A stretch of 39,557 nucleotides of DNA from Octopus bimaculoides. Taxonomy: Eukaryota. Below, piece after piece: positions 10,845 through 24,527 of this stretch. The DNA lies in the NCBI RefSeq assembly GCF_001194135.2, contig NC_068989.1, positions 16,146,796 to 16,186,352 of the forward strand. Reading direction: 5' to 3'. Within the stretch, counting starts at the first letter, position 1; each line of letters begins with the position of its first letter. The notes beneath the pieces were generated by a model, which did not search any database, was not told the DNA's origin, and worked only from the letters and a program-made list of their open reading frames with translations. The translations under genes were made by a program, and so were the position numbers.

Positions 10845-11410
10845 TAAAAGCTGAAACGGAAGGACTGATTCTCGCTGCACAAGACTAATGCTTGACTACA
10901 AACAATTATTAAAGCAAAATAATGAAAACAGGCCCTAACACCAAATGCAGAATGTGCAACCAGCACAACGAGACAGTTGACCACATCATCTCGGGCTGCC
11001 CAGTCATTGCCAAATCTGAATATATATTCAGACATGACCGAGTAAGCAGTTATATATCCTGGACAATATGCCAACATTACAAAATTAGAACTGATAATAG
11101 ATGGTATAAACCTGTGCCAAACAAGATAGAAGACAACGACCAGGCCACAATCATCTGAAATATGCCGGTTCAAACAGACAAAGAAATAAAAGTTAATCGC
11201 CCAGACATAATAATCTAGCATTAGGAAAAAACGAAACACCTGCTTACTGATAGACATTGCAGTTCTTCTATATAAAATATTGTCCCCCCAAAAAACTGGA
11301 CAAATCAAAGGACAAAGACCTCGAAATTGAAGTATTCAAGATGTGGACCATGAAAATAAAAACAATACTAATAATTATTGGAGTATTGGGCATGATAAAA
11401 AAAGCTATAC
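10845..11410 (+). mobile_element. R4/Dong-like LINE zinc knuckle plus RLE, multiply disabled
   Basis: LKAETEGLILAAQD*..CRMCNQHNETVDHIISGCPVIAKSEYIFRHD..NRPDII..IIIGVLGMIKK with stops and frameshifts. Confidence 0.9.
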
Positions 11411-12548
11411 CTGCATTGATGGCAGCCTTATTCTTTAACAATTACGATAAAATAATTTGCCAGGTAAATTGTCGGTGATGGTAATACACATTCACGAGTT
11501 GACAGCCATCATGTATANNNNNNNNNNNNNNNNNNNNNNNNNNNNNNNNNNNNNNNNNNNNNNNNNNNNNNNNNNNNNNNNNNNNNNNNNNNNNNNNNNN
11601 NNNNNNNNNNNNNNNNNNNNNNNNNNNNNNNNNNNNNNNNNNNNNNNNNNNNNNNNNNNNNNNNNNNNNNNNNNNNNNNNNNNNNNNNNNNNNNNNNNNN
11701 NNNNNNNNNNNNNNNNNNNNNNNNNNNNNNNNNNNNNNNNNNNNNNNNNNNNNNNNNNNNNNNNNNNNNNNNNNNNNNNNNNNNNNNNNNNNNNNNNNNN
11801 NNNNNNNNNNNNNNNNNATATATATATATATATATATATACATATGTATATACATATACATATGAATAGAACAAAGATGAAAGAATTGATACTTATTCCC
11901 TTACAGCTGTCTTATAATCTTGTTCGTTATATAATGAATATTACTTCAACATTTGCGTGTATACAAAATATACATATGATTATATATGCGTGCATGCATC
12001 CATATATACAAGTATGCTTAAAAGTAAGCTAATAAATTAATCTTATGAAGTATTCATGGTAGTCCAAAGCATCAACTCTACTTCAAAGGACAAACTGATT
12101 CTACGTATGTCTCCGCAGGCGATAGATGTACTCAGCATATATCATTTATGATTTGCTTTAAGGGAGCAATGGCCATAGATCAATGCAGATTCAGAGAAAG
12201 AAACAGCAGATAAATGCAATAAGGTAAAAAATAAAATAATAATAATGAAATGTCAAAGAATCAAAGGAAATATGAAACTAAATAATAGATGTATCAATGA
12301 AATTGGTTTCAAAGGAGAATATGAATAGTATGATTGAACTATTTACTAAAGAAAGATAGGCTGATCATTCTAGTATTAATTTAGATGAATAAAAAGAAGC
12401 GTATTCAAGGAAAATATAACTGTTGAGTCTTACAATATATACTTAATATATATTAAACTACAACTTGTAATGCCACTAATAATAATAGAAGTATAAAAAT
12501 GAAATTACACGAAGGGGCAACAACAACAATAATAATAATCCGATCGGC

Positions 12549-12756
12549 TACAGGCACAAGACCTAATTTTGGGGGCGAGAGATGGGGTTGGTCGATTGCA
12601 TCGACCCCAGTGCTCAACTGGTACTTATTTTATCGATTCCGAAAGGATGAAAGGTGATGTCAGCATCGGCGGAATTTGAACTCAGAACGTAAAGACGGAC
12701 GAAATGCCACTAAGCATTTTGTCCGGCATGCTAACGCTTCTGCCAGTTCATCGCTT
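12549..12756 (-). mobile_element. SINE family B
   Basis: ggaatttgaactc (B-box on minus), tgccagttc head, gaaaggatgaaagg core, ggcacaag tail. Confidence 0.88.
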
Positions 12757-12899
12757 TTGTTTTTAAAAATAATATTAACAGCAGCCCAACGAACCATAAC
12801 AAAAGTCACCTTCATGCATACTGGTCAGATTCCAAGAATCGCGGATAATTTAGATAATGGACACACTAGCAAGACTACTATTATTGTAGTAATAATTAT

Positions 12900-13103
12900 T
12901 CATAATTTTGGCACAAGGCTAGCAATTTGTGAAAAGGTGCTAGTCAATTATATCGACCACAGTAGTTGAATGTACTTATTTTAAAGACCCCGAAAAAATG
13001 AAAGGTAAAATCAACCTCGCGAAATCTGAACCCAGAAGGTAAAGACCGGCAAAATGCTATTAAGCATTTTATCCGGCGTGCTAACAATTTTGCCAGCTAG
13101 CCA
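12900..13103 (-). mobile_element. SINE family B (older)
   Basis: Same head, core and tail architecture as 12549-12756, more diverged. Confidence 0.8.
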
Positions 13104-13119
13104 TTATTGTAATAATGAT

Positions 13120-13340
13120 TCTTTTTACTACGGGCACAAGGGCTGAAATTTTGGAAGATGGGGCTAGTCGTTTACATCGACCACAGAGCTCAACTGGTAC
13201 TTATGTTATCGACCAACCCTGAAAGGATGAAAGACAAAATCGACCTCTGCCGAATTTGAACTCAGAACGTAAAGACGGACGAAATGCCACTAAGTCTTTT
13301 GTCCGGTGTGCTAACCTTCCTGTCAGTTCGTCACCGCCTT
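13120..13340 (-). mobile_element. SINE family B
   Basis: gaatttgaactcagaacgtaaagacggacgaaatgccactaag identical to the 12549 copy. Confidence 0.88.
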
Positions 13341-14382
13341 CATTAATGTGATGATAAGAATTATACCTACACAAAGAACAAATCTACGAGCCATGAGAAT
13401 ACGCAAAAATATCACGCCACCGCATCCCCATCTTATATAACATTACCTTCTACTAGTCCAGCTAATAAGAAGTACATTATCTGTAACTGAATTGTCAGTG
13501 AGCATCCATTAAATAGGAATTGCTTAGAAAATATACTCCTTGCTATAATCTCCTGACCTATAATGGAAATAGATATCCTATACGTCTTACAATGAATTTC
13601 TTTTTAAATGATAGGAGAAAAAAATATACCGTTTTATAACCCTAAATTAATGCACTTTACATTATTATATGAACTAAGGTCTAAAGCCAACACATTCAAA
13701 CTGGAATGAACAGAATATTAGGAATTGAGCAAAACCGTGGGGACGACAGGCGTGAATGTCGATTATGCGCTTGCGAAATTCTCGACATAGTACATATATG
13801 ACGAAAATTTATTGAACACTGCATTTTCAAAAACACTTGAATGTTACTCTATCATTAACATCGTGATTATTCCTTTAGTTCTTATGTTTAGCTAAGTAAG
13901 GTTTAATGACGCACTCATCTAATGTATAATACGTGTTATTTGTATTACCTCCTTGAAATAGTGGAAAAGATATATGCATGTATGTGTAAATGAATTCGTT
14001 GAGATCTTTGTGTAGCTACATTTTTTCCTATAGATAAACGTAATAACTAGCTGTATGTGTATGTCTATAAGCATATGTATTTAAATATGTGTCTANNNNN
14101 NNNNNNNNNNNNNNNNNNNNNNNNNNNNNNNNNNNNNNNNNNNNNNNNNNNNNNNNNNNNNNNNNNNNNNNNNNNNNNNNNNNNNNNNNNNNNNNNNNNN
14201 NNNNNNNNNNNNNNNNNNNNNNNNNNNNNNNNNNNNNNNNNNNNNNNNNNNNNNNNNNNNNNNNNNNNNNNNNNNNNNNNNNNNNNNNNNNNNNNNNNNN
14301 NNNNNNNNNNNNNNNNNNNNNNNNNNNNNNNNNNNNNNNNNNNNNNNNNNNNNNNNNNNNNNNNNNNNNNNNNNNNNNNNNN

Positions 14383-14415
<33 letters not shown>

Positions 14416-15789
14416 TACACCTACATATATACCTACATACATACATACATACGGTGCGTGTGTGTGTGTATTTCCCTGTATGCATTTGAATGTAAACGTT
14501 TCTCTGTATAGACATGTGTATATACGTATGCGTGTGCATATACGCATACGCATGCTTACGGATATAGTAGACGTCCATTTATATTGGTATATACCTATAT
14601 GTAAGTTTCTAAATTCCGTGTATTTATATATTTTTTTGCAATTAGTGAGATCTTATGATGGTAATTATTTTCTTTTTGAAGTTTGTTTTATCAAGTCATT
14701 TTGACTAGTGTCTGCACTCCTTAATTAGATTCAAAGATTTTTTTTTACTCTACCATAAATCAATGTATATGGTTTTCAGACATATTTGCGATGCATGTGT
14801 GTGTGTATTTACATGCATATATACAAGCATATACGTATACTGACCCACGCGAAAGTGTACGCAAGAGAAAAGTGTCGTTTAGGCTGAGACGACCACACTT
14901 TAGAGCATATAGATGAAGAATATAAAGAGTGGTTAAATGTGATAACAAACAGGCTAGATTAATAAGAAAAAAATAGAGGCCTGGATGATAGTAAATAAAT
15001 CAGGTAAAAGCGTCTACAGAAGGTATATTCATGCAACTGTATGTACCTACATCTCTTACCTTCATACCCTTACATGTATAGAGAGAGTCATAATTAGACA
15101 CAGGCTATAATAATTATAATTATTAAGTAAATTAAATACATAGATTAAGGTTTGAAGAAGCAAGGTTTACCTATGTATAGTATGAAATCGTGATGATGGT
15201 CATAGGAAAAAAATTTGTAATACTTATGCTCTGATGAAAATGTTTCGGTGTATAAGGTTTAAAAACTAGCTACGGAGGAGGTAACTTCTTAATTAAACGG
15301 AATATTGAATCAACAGATATGTCTTCTAGTCATATGATGGGATGTTCTGATATTTTTGATATTCTGTTCAGTTTTTTAAAAAATCTCTTTAAAAGCCACT
15401 TATATAAATGCTTCATTACAATAATTAGACGATTCATTAAAATATGCTTTTTAACAGTGAATGTTGATAATAAAAGCAAAATATTTTAATAAGATAATTC
15501 AAGATATTAGGAGGGTGATTAGACTATTTATGAATGTAACTAAGCGTTTCATTAAGGCTCACCGAGTGCTACTCTTAAAGTATAACGATAGCAAAGTTAG
15601 TATAAAAATTAATATTAAACTCAAGATGCCTAAAAAAAGGTATAAATGTTTAAGTCTATCAGTAAACCGAGTTGAAAAACTAGATTCCTGACATTTCAAT
15701 TGAGGCTTCTCATTCAAATAGGCGAGTCCAGTTTTATAGATTAAGTAAGTTTAGTCTTTATAGTTTAGTCTATATAGTTTTTTTTCATG

Positions 15790-16005
15790 CGTGGGTATAG
15801 CTGTGTGGTTAAGAAACTCGTTTTAAAATCCACGTGGTTTCGGCTTTCAGTCTCATTGCACGGCACCTTAAACAACTGTCTTCTATAGACCCGGGTCGAT
15901 AAGAAAAATAAGTACTGTGGTTGATTCGTTCGATTGAAGCCATTCAAGGCAATGCTTCAGCATGGTCGCAGTCGAATGACTGAAACAAGCAAAAGATAAA
16001 AGATT
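15790..16005 (+). mobile_element. SINE family A short form (no internal microsatellite module)
   Basis: Head tagctgtgtggttaagaa..ggcaccttaaacaactgtcttctatag joined directly to gggtcgataagaaaaataagtac and tail cagcatggtcgcagtcgaatgactgaaacaag. Confidence 0.75.
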
Positions 16006-16129
16006 ACGTATTTGTATCTTTCAATCTGAATAACATTAGCGATACGCCTAGCGAGTTAAGTTCGTAAATAGATGTTTAGCTATTGGCTTATAAAAGTCCT
16101 TAATAGCAATTTGTGAAATATCAAAATTC

Positions 16130-16760
16130 GACTTACTGAAAAGAGATTTCAACAAATTTCTCCTCAGAAATAACGATATCGACAGGTTCTATCTAAGAAG
16201 AAATAAAGGAGATAGAAGCTTGAGATCGGTGCAAACAATCTTTGAATGTCACATAGTCTCTTACAGACAGCACTTGCTAAACAACAGCAGCAAAAATAAA
16301 TACATTAACTTAGGGTTCTAAAGTGAAGAAAACAATGTTACGTGTAGGAACCAAGCTCCTTCGGAAGCAATCTCTTCCTCATGAACTCCCATACAACGCC
16401 AAGTCATACCTCAAAGAAAACCTGGAGGTGAAACGCTCAACATGCTAAAAAGAGACTACGAATGCGTATGTTTCCTGAAGTCTTGACGAAGACAGTACAG
16501 TAACATTGACATGAAACGAAACCTTTCTTGTACGCGTGACCGCTACATCACATTACACTTCGATATCTGTACATTTGCAATGCAAGTACAGGAAATCGCT
16601 ACTAAATATCTAATAAAGAAAAGAGACAGAAAAGTCCTTGGAGTTGTACGATGCAATCAAAAATGTAGATTATGTCATATTTCTGCCTCAAAATGTCACC
16701 AAGGTTCTACCTCTCTATGCGACACATTATGTTGTCGTAAAACAATATACAATGCCATAC
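16130..16760 (+). mobile_element. R4/Dong-like LINE fragment (post-RT region and zinc knuckle), decayed
   Basis: NDIDRFYLRRNKGDRSLRSVQTIFECHIVSYRQHL (cf. DRLY..R..GGRGL); FAMQVQEIATKYLIKKR..KCRLC; MSPRFYLSMRH. Confidence 0.75.
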
Positions 16761-16851
16761 ATACCTGTATGTATGTGTGTATGTTTGTTTGTATGTATGT
16801 ATGTATGTATGTGTGTCTGTGTGTGTGTAATGTATGCGCGTGTATACACAC

Positions 16852-16884
<33 letters not shown>

Positions 16885-16908
16885 CATACATACACACACG
16901 CACGCACG

Positions 16909-16964
<56 letters not shown>

Positions 16965-16966
<2 letters not shown>

Positions 16967-17160
16967 CCTGCAGCTATGATGAGGCATCGCTTTGAAGAAT
17001 TTTTAGTGGAATAAATCAACTTCGGTACCAATTTTTCTCTAATCCCTGGTATTTATTCTATCCGTAACTTTTTACTGAACCGCTAGCTTACGGGGACATA
17101 AACACACTAACACCGGTTGTTAAGTGGTGGTGGGCAACAAACACAGACAGAAACATACAC
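16965..17160 (-). mobile_element. SINE family A 3' half, diverged
   Basis: gaaccgctagcttacggggacataaacac..ggttgttaagtggtggtgggcaacaaacacagac. Confidence 0.75.
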
Positions 17161-19016
17161 ACACGTACACTCATCTATCAATCTAGCGATTGATAGATGT
17201 ATTATGTATATATGTATGTACATATATACATACATACAAGCAGACAGGCAAACAGACAAACAGACATAGATAACTGATACAAAATAGAATGAACGACATC
17301 CTTTACTCAAAGTTACTAAAGTTGTTTCGACATATCTTTACACCTGTAGTACATTGGTGAGATGTGTAATCATTATCATACATCCAAGGTGTAAAATGCG
17401 ATTTCTCAGGTGATTGTTTAAATTAGTTTTTCGTTAGATACTATCTTCATTTCACTCAGTGTGAGAATGCACTCCCAAAGTCACGTGTCATTTCAATTGT
17501 TGGTAATTGGCTTTTAATAATATCAGATATGTTAATATGTAATCTCTATGGATACTGATGCTTAGCTAGTTTCAGGAGTATTTCCAATGTATGCTACTGA
17601 CATCAGGTAACCAATAACTGTGGACGAGCTTTGCATATCTTGTATAACTACATTCATACATAGATACAGGTTTATTTTCATGGAAGTAAGAATATAGGGT
17701 AATTCGATTTGAAGTTGAGAGTGCATATAAAATCTTAAAACGAATTATAGTTCTTAAATTTTTTGCAAAATTATCAAAATACCATATCGATTTCCTAACT
17801 GTTTTTTTTTTTTTGGTAAATAATTAAAAAAAAAGGTAAAAGTTTAAAGGAAAGTATATGAACGGGAGAAAATTCCATAATAAAATATGCTTAAAAAAAG
17901 GCAAATATTCATGAAAATTCGAGTATTCAATGAATTTCACTGTCATAGGAAATGGTGAAGGTCCAAAAGTTCGATGAATTTCATAACAATAATATCTGAT
18001 TGAGATTTCAATGCCTTTCAAAGCAATAAATTATATCATAAACTAGATACGATGAAGAAGTTTTTATAAAAGAAGAAAAGAACTTTCACGAATTCGAAAG
18101 GAAGAGTTGTGTCGTCGATTGCTTTACGGGCCAACAGAATAACTCCACTTCATACGGGAATGGGTTTATATGATTTTGGCAGAACAGCTCCCAAGTTGAA
18201 ACACTGCCGGCCATTTATTGTTGTATGAGACAACGAGAAAAACAATATACTCTCTTGTTGAAATCAGAGGGTCAGAAAAAAACAAAATGAAACGTCTATT
18301 GACTATTGATAAGTTTTGTGAAATCTAGTACCGAAGATACACTTTCAGTTTCATACCTACCTATTATTATTGGAGCAACATGGTACGAAGCAACTCGCCT
18401 GGTTCAAGCTATAGCTGAACTTGAATTCTTGGGATACAATAAAATTCTTTAATTCATACACTACAAATGAGCACGATATCCGGGGAAATAAATATATGCA
18501 ACAGCTTCTTAAGGATGATGAAGAAAACTATTTTTCTCTTCACATCCTTGCTGACAAGCAGGTAACCGGTCAAAATTAACTCTGAATTAAAAAAAAAAAA
18601 GAAAGAAAACATGCATATATATACATACATACTTAGATATATGAAAACTTATGGACCGATAAATCACGCTATATAAATAACAATATGAAAACTACGATGT
18701 TGAAAGCTATCAACTGAAATTAGTCTATATGTTGACAGGTCAAAATTATCTCCAGTTTAATGCTCGTAAATCGTATTAAATTGCTATATAACATATGGAA
18801 AAATTTTATCAAAAAGAAAAAAATTAATGATAATAAAGAGCAAATATATTTTTAGTTATCAGCATGAAAAAATATATACATTTAAATACAAACGCACATA
18901 CACGGCACATAATCATGTATAATTATAAATATGCATATAAATGTGATTATAAATATGTATGCATATACTCACACACAAACACACACATATATGTGAGTAT
19001 ATATATATATACATAC

Positions 19017-19053
<37 letters not shown>

Positions 19054-19100
19054 AAGAGCATAATGTTATATGAGTATATTCATGTATGAACGTACACCCA

Positions 19101-19144
<44 letters not shown>

Positions 19145-19595
19145 TATANNNNNNNNNNTATATATATACGTGCATACATTCTGCACATACATACATATAC
19201 ACATACAGGAGCATACGTACGTACTTATAACTATAGCATACATATTTATATATATGTATATATATTCGCTATAATTAATATAATAACATAGAGTGAATCT
19301 AAATCTTTAGACGAAGCACTGTATTTCATTAAATTTAATTAAACACACCGTTGAGTTGCAGACACTTGTAAAGAGAATTTTTACAGTTGCAAAACGTATT
19401 TATTTTAATTACATTTATTTCAATTACATTATCGTCTAAAATCTTAAATTTACTCAAAGGTACAATTAAAACCTCAAACTGCTTAGCGTGTCATATATAT
19501 GTACGTTATGTACGTGTGGTGCCTGATATGATTATGTGCGTATGCGCGTGTGTGTTTATGTATGTATGTATGTATATGATGTGTGTATGTGTGTA

Positions 19596-19641
<46 letters not shown>

Positions 19642-20198
19642 NNNNNNNNNNNNNNNNNNNNNNNNNNNNNNNNNNNNNNNNNNNNNNNNNNNNNNNNNNN
19701 NNNNNNNNNNNNNNNNNNNNNNNNNNNNNNNNNNNNNNNNNNNNNNNNNNNNNNNNNNNNNNNNNNNNNNNNNNNNNNNNNNNNNNNNNNNNNNNNNNNN
19801 NNNNNNNNNNNNNNNNNNNNNNNNNNNNNNNNNNNNNNNNNNNNNNNNNNNNNNNNNNNNNNNNNNNNNNNNNNNNNNNNNNNNNNNNNNNNNNNNNNNN
19901 NNNNNNNNNNNNNNNNNNNNNNNNNNNNNNNNNNNNNNNNNNNNNNNNNNNNNNNNNNNNNNNNNNNNNNNNNNNNNNNNNNNNNNNNNNNNNNNNNNNN
20001 NNNNNNNNNNNNNNNNNNNNNNNNNNNNNNNNNNNNNNNNNNNNNNNNNNNNNNNNNNNNNNNNNNNNNNNNNNNNNNNNNNNNNNNNNNNNNNNNNNNN
20101 NNNNNNNNNNNNNNNNNNNNNNNNNNNNNNNNNNNNNNNNNNNNNNNNNNNNNNNNNNNNNNNNNNNNNNNNNNNNNNNNNNNNNNNNNNNNNNNNNN

Positions 20199-20473
20199 CA
20201 GGAAACCCCAAAATGGCTGAAGTTCAAAAGATAGTGCTCATGGGAACTGTCCATATCCTACGTAAAATACTGTCTATGTGATCTCAAATTTTAAAGCAAA
20301 CACATAATTTTCTTATGGTTTCTTAAACATTCACTTGAACAAAACTGTACAAATCCAAATATATGGTACCCTAGGCATAACACCTACATGAACTTCTAAC
20401 TTGTTGTCTCTTGAGGTCTCTGGGTGAGACTTGGATCCAACTTGTACAAATGCAAAACAAAAGTCAAACATAA

Positions 20474-20505
<32 letters not shown>

Positions 20506-20522
20506 TAATAATAATAATAATA
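20199..20522 (+). mobile_element. R4/Dong-like LINE 3' terminus with UTR and (AAT)n tail
   Basis: GNPKMAEVQKIVLMGTVHILRKILSM* (stop 20279-20281), homologous to KIVLTGTSHVFRRALSL* at 3943-3996; (AAT)n 20473-20522. Confidence 0.85.
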
Positions 20523-21193
20523 AAGAGGCCAACAAGTTTATACCTATACAGGTAAAATATACAAACAAATTTAGTAGGGTATCAGAATACGACCTGCTAT
20601 AAATAGAGTTATCGCTCCAAAACCACAAATTTCTCACTATCAAAATACACACGGTGAATTCAACGAATGTAACAGAAATAGGCTTTTCTTGTGTCTACTA
20701 CAGAAGCAAGGGACAGATATTCCGGGATGAATTGATTTCGTTCTTTTTGTTTTTTTTTTTGTATGAATATAATTAAAGCTCGTCAGCTAGACTTACTGCA
20801 AATCATCTATTTTTGAAACATCATCACATTAAACCGTGTGAGTTCTTTCATTTGAATGCCCCTGCGACATTCAAAAACGAACATAACGTGAGCCAGTACA
20901 ATATAAAATTAAATAAGGTATTATTACCATTAATAATTATAATAATTATGATATATAGGTGAAATAGCGAAGGCAGCTATACCCAATATAAAACGGAAAA
21001 ATTCAGTTGTCACTAATTGTGACTGAGAGTGCCGGCTAGCACCTATATTGCTAGAAATAAGAGTTAAAAGATCTTAGAGCCGCAAAAAAACCACATTTCC
21101 ATGTACTGACAGGGGAAATAACCACCCCACAGCGAATCTAGTCACATATACATACATATATAAATGTATACCTACATACATATAGATAGATAT

Positions 21194-21263
<70 letters not shown>

Positions 21264-21609
21264 GCGTGTGTATACATACATGCATAAACATGCATATATA
21301 TATATATATATTTATATATNNNNNNNNNNNNNNNNNNNNNNNNNNNNNNNNNNNNNNNNNNNNNNNNNNNNNNNNNNNNNNNNNNNNNNNNNNNNNNNNN
21401 NNNNNNNNNNNNNNNNNNNNNNNNNNNNNNNNNNNNNNNNNNNNNNNNNNNNNNNNNNNNNNNNNNNNNNNNNNNNNNNNNNNNNNNNNNNNNNNNNNNN
21501 NNNNNNNNNNNNNNNNNNNNNNNNNNNNNNNNNNNNNNNNNNNNNNNNNNNNNNNNNNNNNNNNNNNNNNNNNNNNNNNNNNNNNNNNNNNNNNNNNNNN
21601 NNNNNNNNN

Positions 21610-21648
<39 letters not shown>

Positions 21649-23369
21649 CACACACATTTCACACACAAATATACATGCATACATATATATAGGCATTTAC
21701 ACGTACATACGTACATATATAAATGTCAATTGAAAACACAAAGGTGAACATTATGATAAAATACACGTGATTAATAAAGCCTGGAAAAGATACATGAGGA
21801 AGTTAATAAAATGGGCAGTTTAAGGATTATGTGTTTTTATTTGTACATAAAGCAGTCTTTACTTCATTTACCAGGTGGTGCTATTGAGTTAGCCATGGCC
21901 TGGGCCGATAATAGCCAAACCAATCTAAGTTATCTAAGTTATATATCAGATGACTGTATCCAGAATTGTCTTTAACTTTTAATGTAAAGTGCCAAACCAA
22001 ACATTGACTATAAATATCTAAAGACATAAAGACTAGAATTAAGGATTAGAGAAATTGTAAAAATAAAGACAAATTTGAAGGAATTAACAATTCTATAAAA
22101 GAGAAGAAAAGATTACGTAAAATGTATAACAATAGTATATAGATAAAATTCAATCTTAATAATGACCTCATTATTATCCACACGCTCTCTCTCCCCACAC
22201 ACCGTCCCACTCTTTTCCTCTTTCTACATGACCTAACCTATCAGACTGACCTAACCATCCCCTGTAATTCTGTTCTCACACATAATCCTTAAACTGCCCA
22301 GTTTATTAATTCCCTTATGTATCTTTTCGAGGCTTTATTAATCACGTGTATTTTATTATAATGCTCACCTTTGTATTTTCACTTGACATTTATCGTTTAT
22401 GCAGTCTAAACAAATGATTACTAGATACGGTCACAATATAAACGTTGTTTATTTATAGACAGTGAAATAAGTGATGAAGCAAGGGTTACAATATATTATC
22501 AATTAAATAAAACTTTCGTTGTTGCTTGGACAATCATTATGATCTTTTTAAAATGAGGTTATTTTAAGTCTACAATTTAATATTAACCCACTCTCCATGT
22601 AGTATTTACTAATTCTATTATCTGTGACTAAACTTGTGTTGTAGTTAAACAGTTTTGAGATTTCTTACAAACTAAAGAAGCCAGAATTTTGTTGATGCGG
22701 CACTTGTTAAAAGACAACCTCATTTCCTACTGAAGCCGGTCGCCGCGGTTTTACAGTTGAATAGGAGCTCCATATCCTGCAGAAAATTAGTTCGGAACCC
22801 AAACAACTAAAGAAAGCCACCATGGAAACAGGTATGGCAGCTTAAACTAGCTCAAGGTGGTTGTAGGTGACGAGAGACCACAAATGAAAACCTTCTGTAA
22901 GCGAAGACTAATTCATTCCTAGCTGCCCCAGTCAAGTGAATCGTACAGGCTAAGCGGTGAAACAATTGTGATAAGATACCTGCTAATGATACGGAAGGAT
23001 TTCCACCATTCATATGATTTTAGTCACCGCTAGAAGAAGAGCTCGCACTATCGTTATGTAGTTTCTTTGTGAAGCTTCTTCGTGGAGCAAAGCATCTCTG
23101 ATGTTTATTACATCCACCATCTTACTATGTTTGTTCGACGTACATAAGTTTATAAGGAAGTCTTTTGATGTTTGGCAAGCCAATAATTAAGTGTTTAACT
23201 TGTCTTGAGTATATCACCACTTATTCTTCTGGAACAGCTAAAATATTTCTTTCGAAGTTGAGCTGTGACGAAGACGGTCAGTTATTGTGCTGGTTTTCTT
23301 GTATTCAACACATGTGTTAGCTTGACCATTTCTATTTTTATATTTGACATGTTTTAGGCATTAGTCTTG

Positions 23370-23582
23370 CGACCACTTCGGGGCAACGCCTAGAAGGGTT
23401 TAGTTGAACAAATCGGCCCCAGTCCTTTTTCTAAGCCTGGTACTTATTCTAACGCTCTCCTTTTGTAGGATCGCTAAGTTACAGGGACGTAAACAAAAAC
23501 CAACACCGGTTTCAAAAGTTAGTGGGGACAAGCAGGAATACAAAGACACACATAAATGTATACATACTTTTATATATACATA

Positions 23583-23637
<55 letters not shown>

Positions 23638-24527
23638 CACNNNNNNNNNNNNNNNNNNNNNNNNNNNNNNNNNNNNNNNNNNNNNNNNNNNNNNNNNNNN
23701 NNNNNNNNNNNNNNNNNNNNNNNNNNNNNNNNNNNNNNNNNNNNNNNNNNNNNNNNNNNNNNNNNNNNNNNNNNNNNNNNNNNNNNNNNNNNNNNNNNNN
23801 NNNNNNNNNNNNNNNNNNNNNNNNNNNNNNNNNNNNNNNNNNNNNNNNNNNNNNNNNNNNNNNNNNNNNNNNNNNNNNNNNNNNNNNNNNNNNNNNNNNN
23901 NNNNNNNNNNNNNNNNNNNNNNNNNNNNNNNNNNNNNNNNNNNNNNNNNNNNNNNNNNNNNNNNNNNNNNNNNNNNNNNNNNNNNNNNNNNNNNNNNNNN
24001 NNNNNNNNNNNNNNNNNNNNNNNNNNNNNNNNNNNNNNNNNNNNNNNNNNNNNNNNNNNNNNNNNNNNNNNNNNNNNNNNNNNNNNNNNNNNNNNNNNNN
24101 NNNNNNNNNNNNNNNNNNNNNNNNNNNNNNNNNNNNNNNNNNNNNNNNNNNNNNNNNNNNNNNNNNNNNNNNNNNNNNNNNNNNNNNNNNNNNNNNNNNN
24201 NNNNNNNNNNNNNNNNNNNNNNNNNNNNNTATATATATATATATATATACACATATAACTACATAAATATAAATATATATATATACATACATACATACAT
24301 ACATACATACATACATACACACATATACGTACTACGTACGTACATGCATACACACACACTCACATATATACGACGGGTTTCTTTCAGTTTTCGTCCACCG
24401 AATTCATTCAAAAGGCTTTGGTCGGCTCAGGATTATGACAGAAGACACTTGCCCAAAGTGCCACGCAGTGTGACTGAACCCGGAACCTTGTGGTTGGGAA
24501 ACTTACCACACAGCCGCGCCTGCGCCT
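23370..24527 (-). mobile_element. SINE family A spanning an expanded internal microsatellite and N-gap
   Basis: Tail half at 23370-23550 and head half at 24370-24527 (cttaccacacagccgcgcctgcgcc) in the same orientation either side of (CA)n/N/(TA)n. Being one element is inferred. Confidence 0.7.

Noticed and set aside
15100-15750. Possible NUMT (AT-rich, hydrophobic minus-strand translation under mitochondrial code)
   Set aside because: No recognisable ND/COX/ATP motif; composition alone explains it. BLASTN to the mitogenome would settle it.
16470-16540. Penelope hammerhead or GIY-YIG remnant
   Set aside because: No intact CTGANGA core; the flanks translate as R4-like LINE instead.
21877-21975. 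Exon-like GGAIELAMAWADN.. after a ttaccag acceptor, reminiscent of ANF-receptor AIELA
   Set aside because: No convincing donor before the in-frame stop, and the order relative to the 18349 IIGA segment is wrong for one domain.
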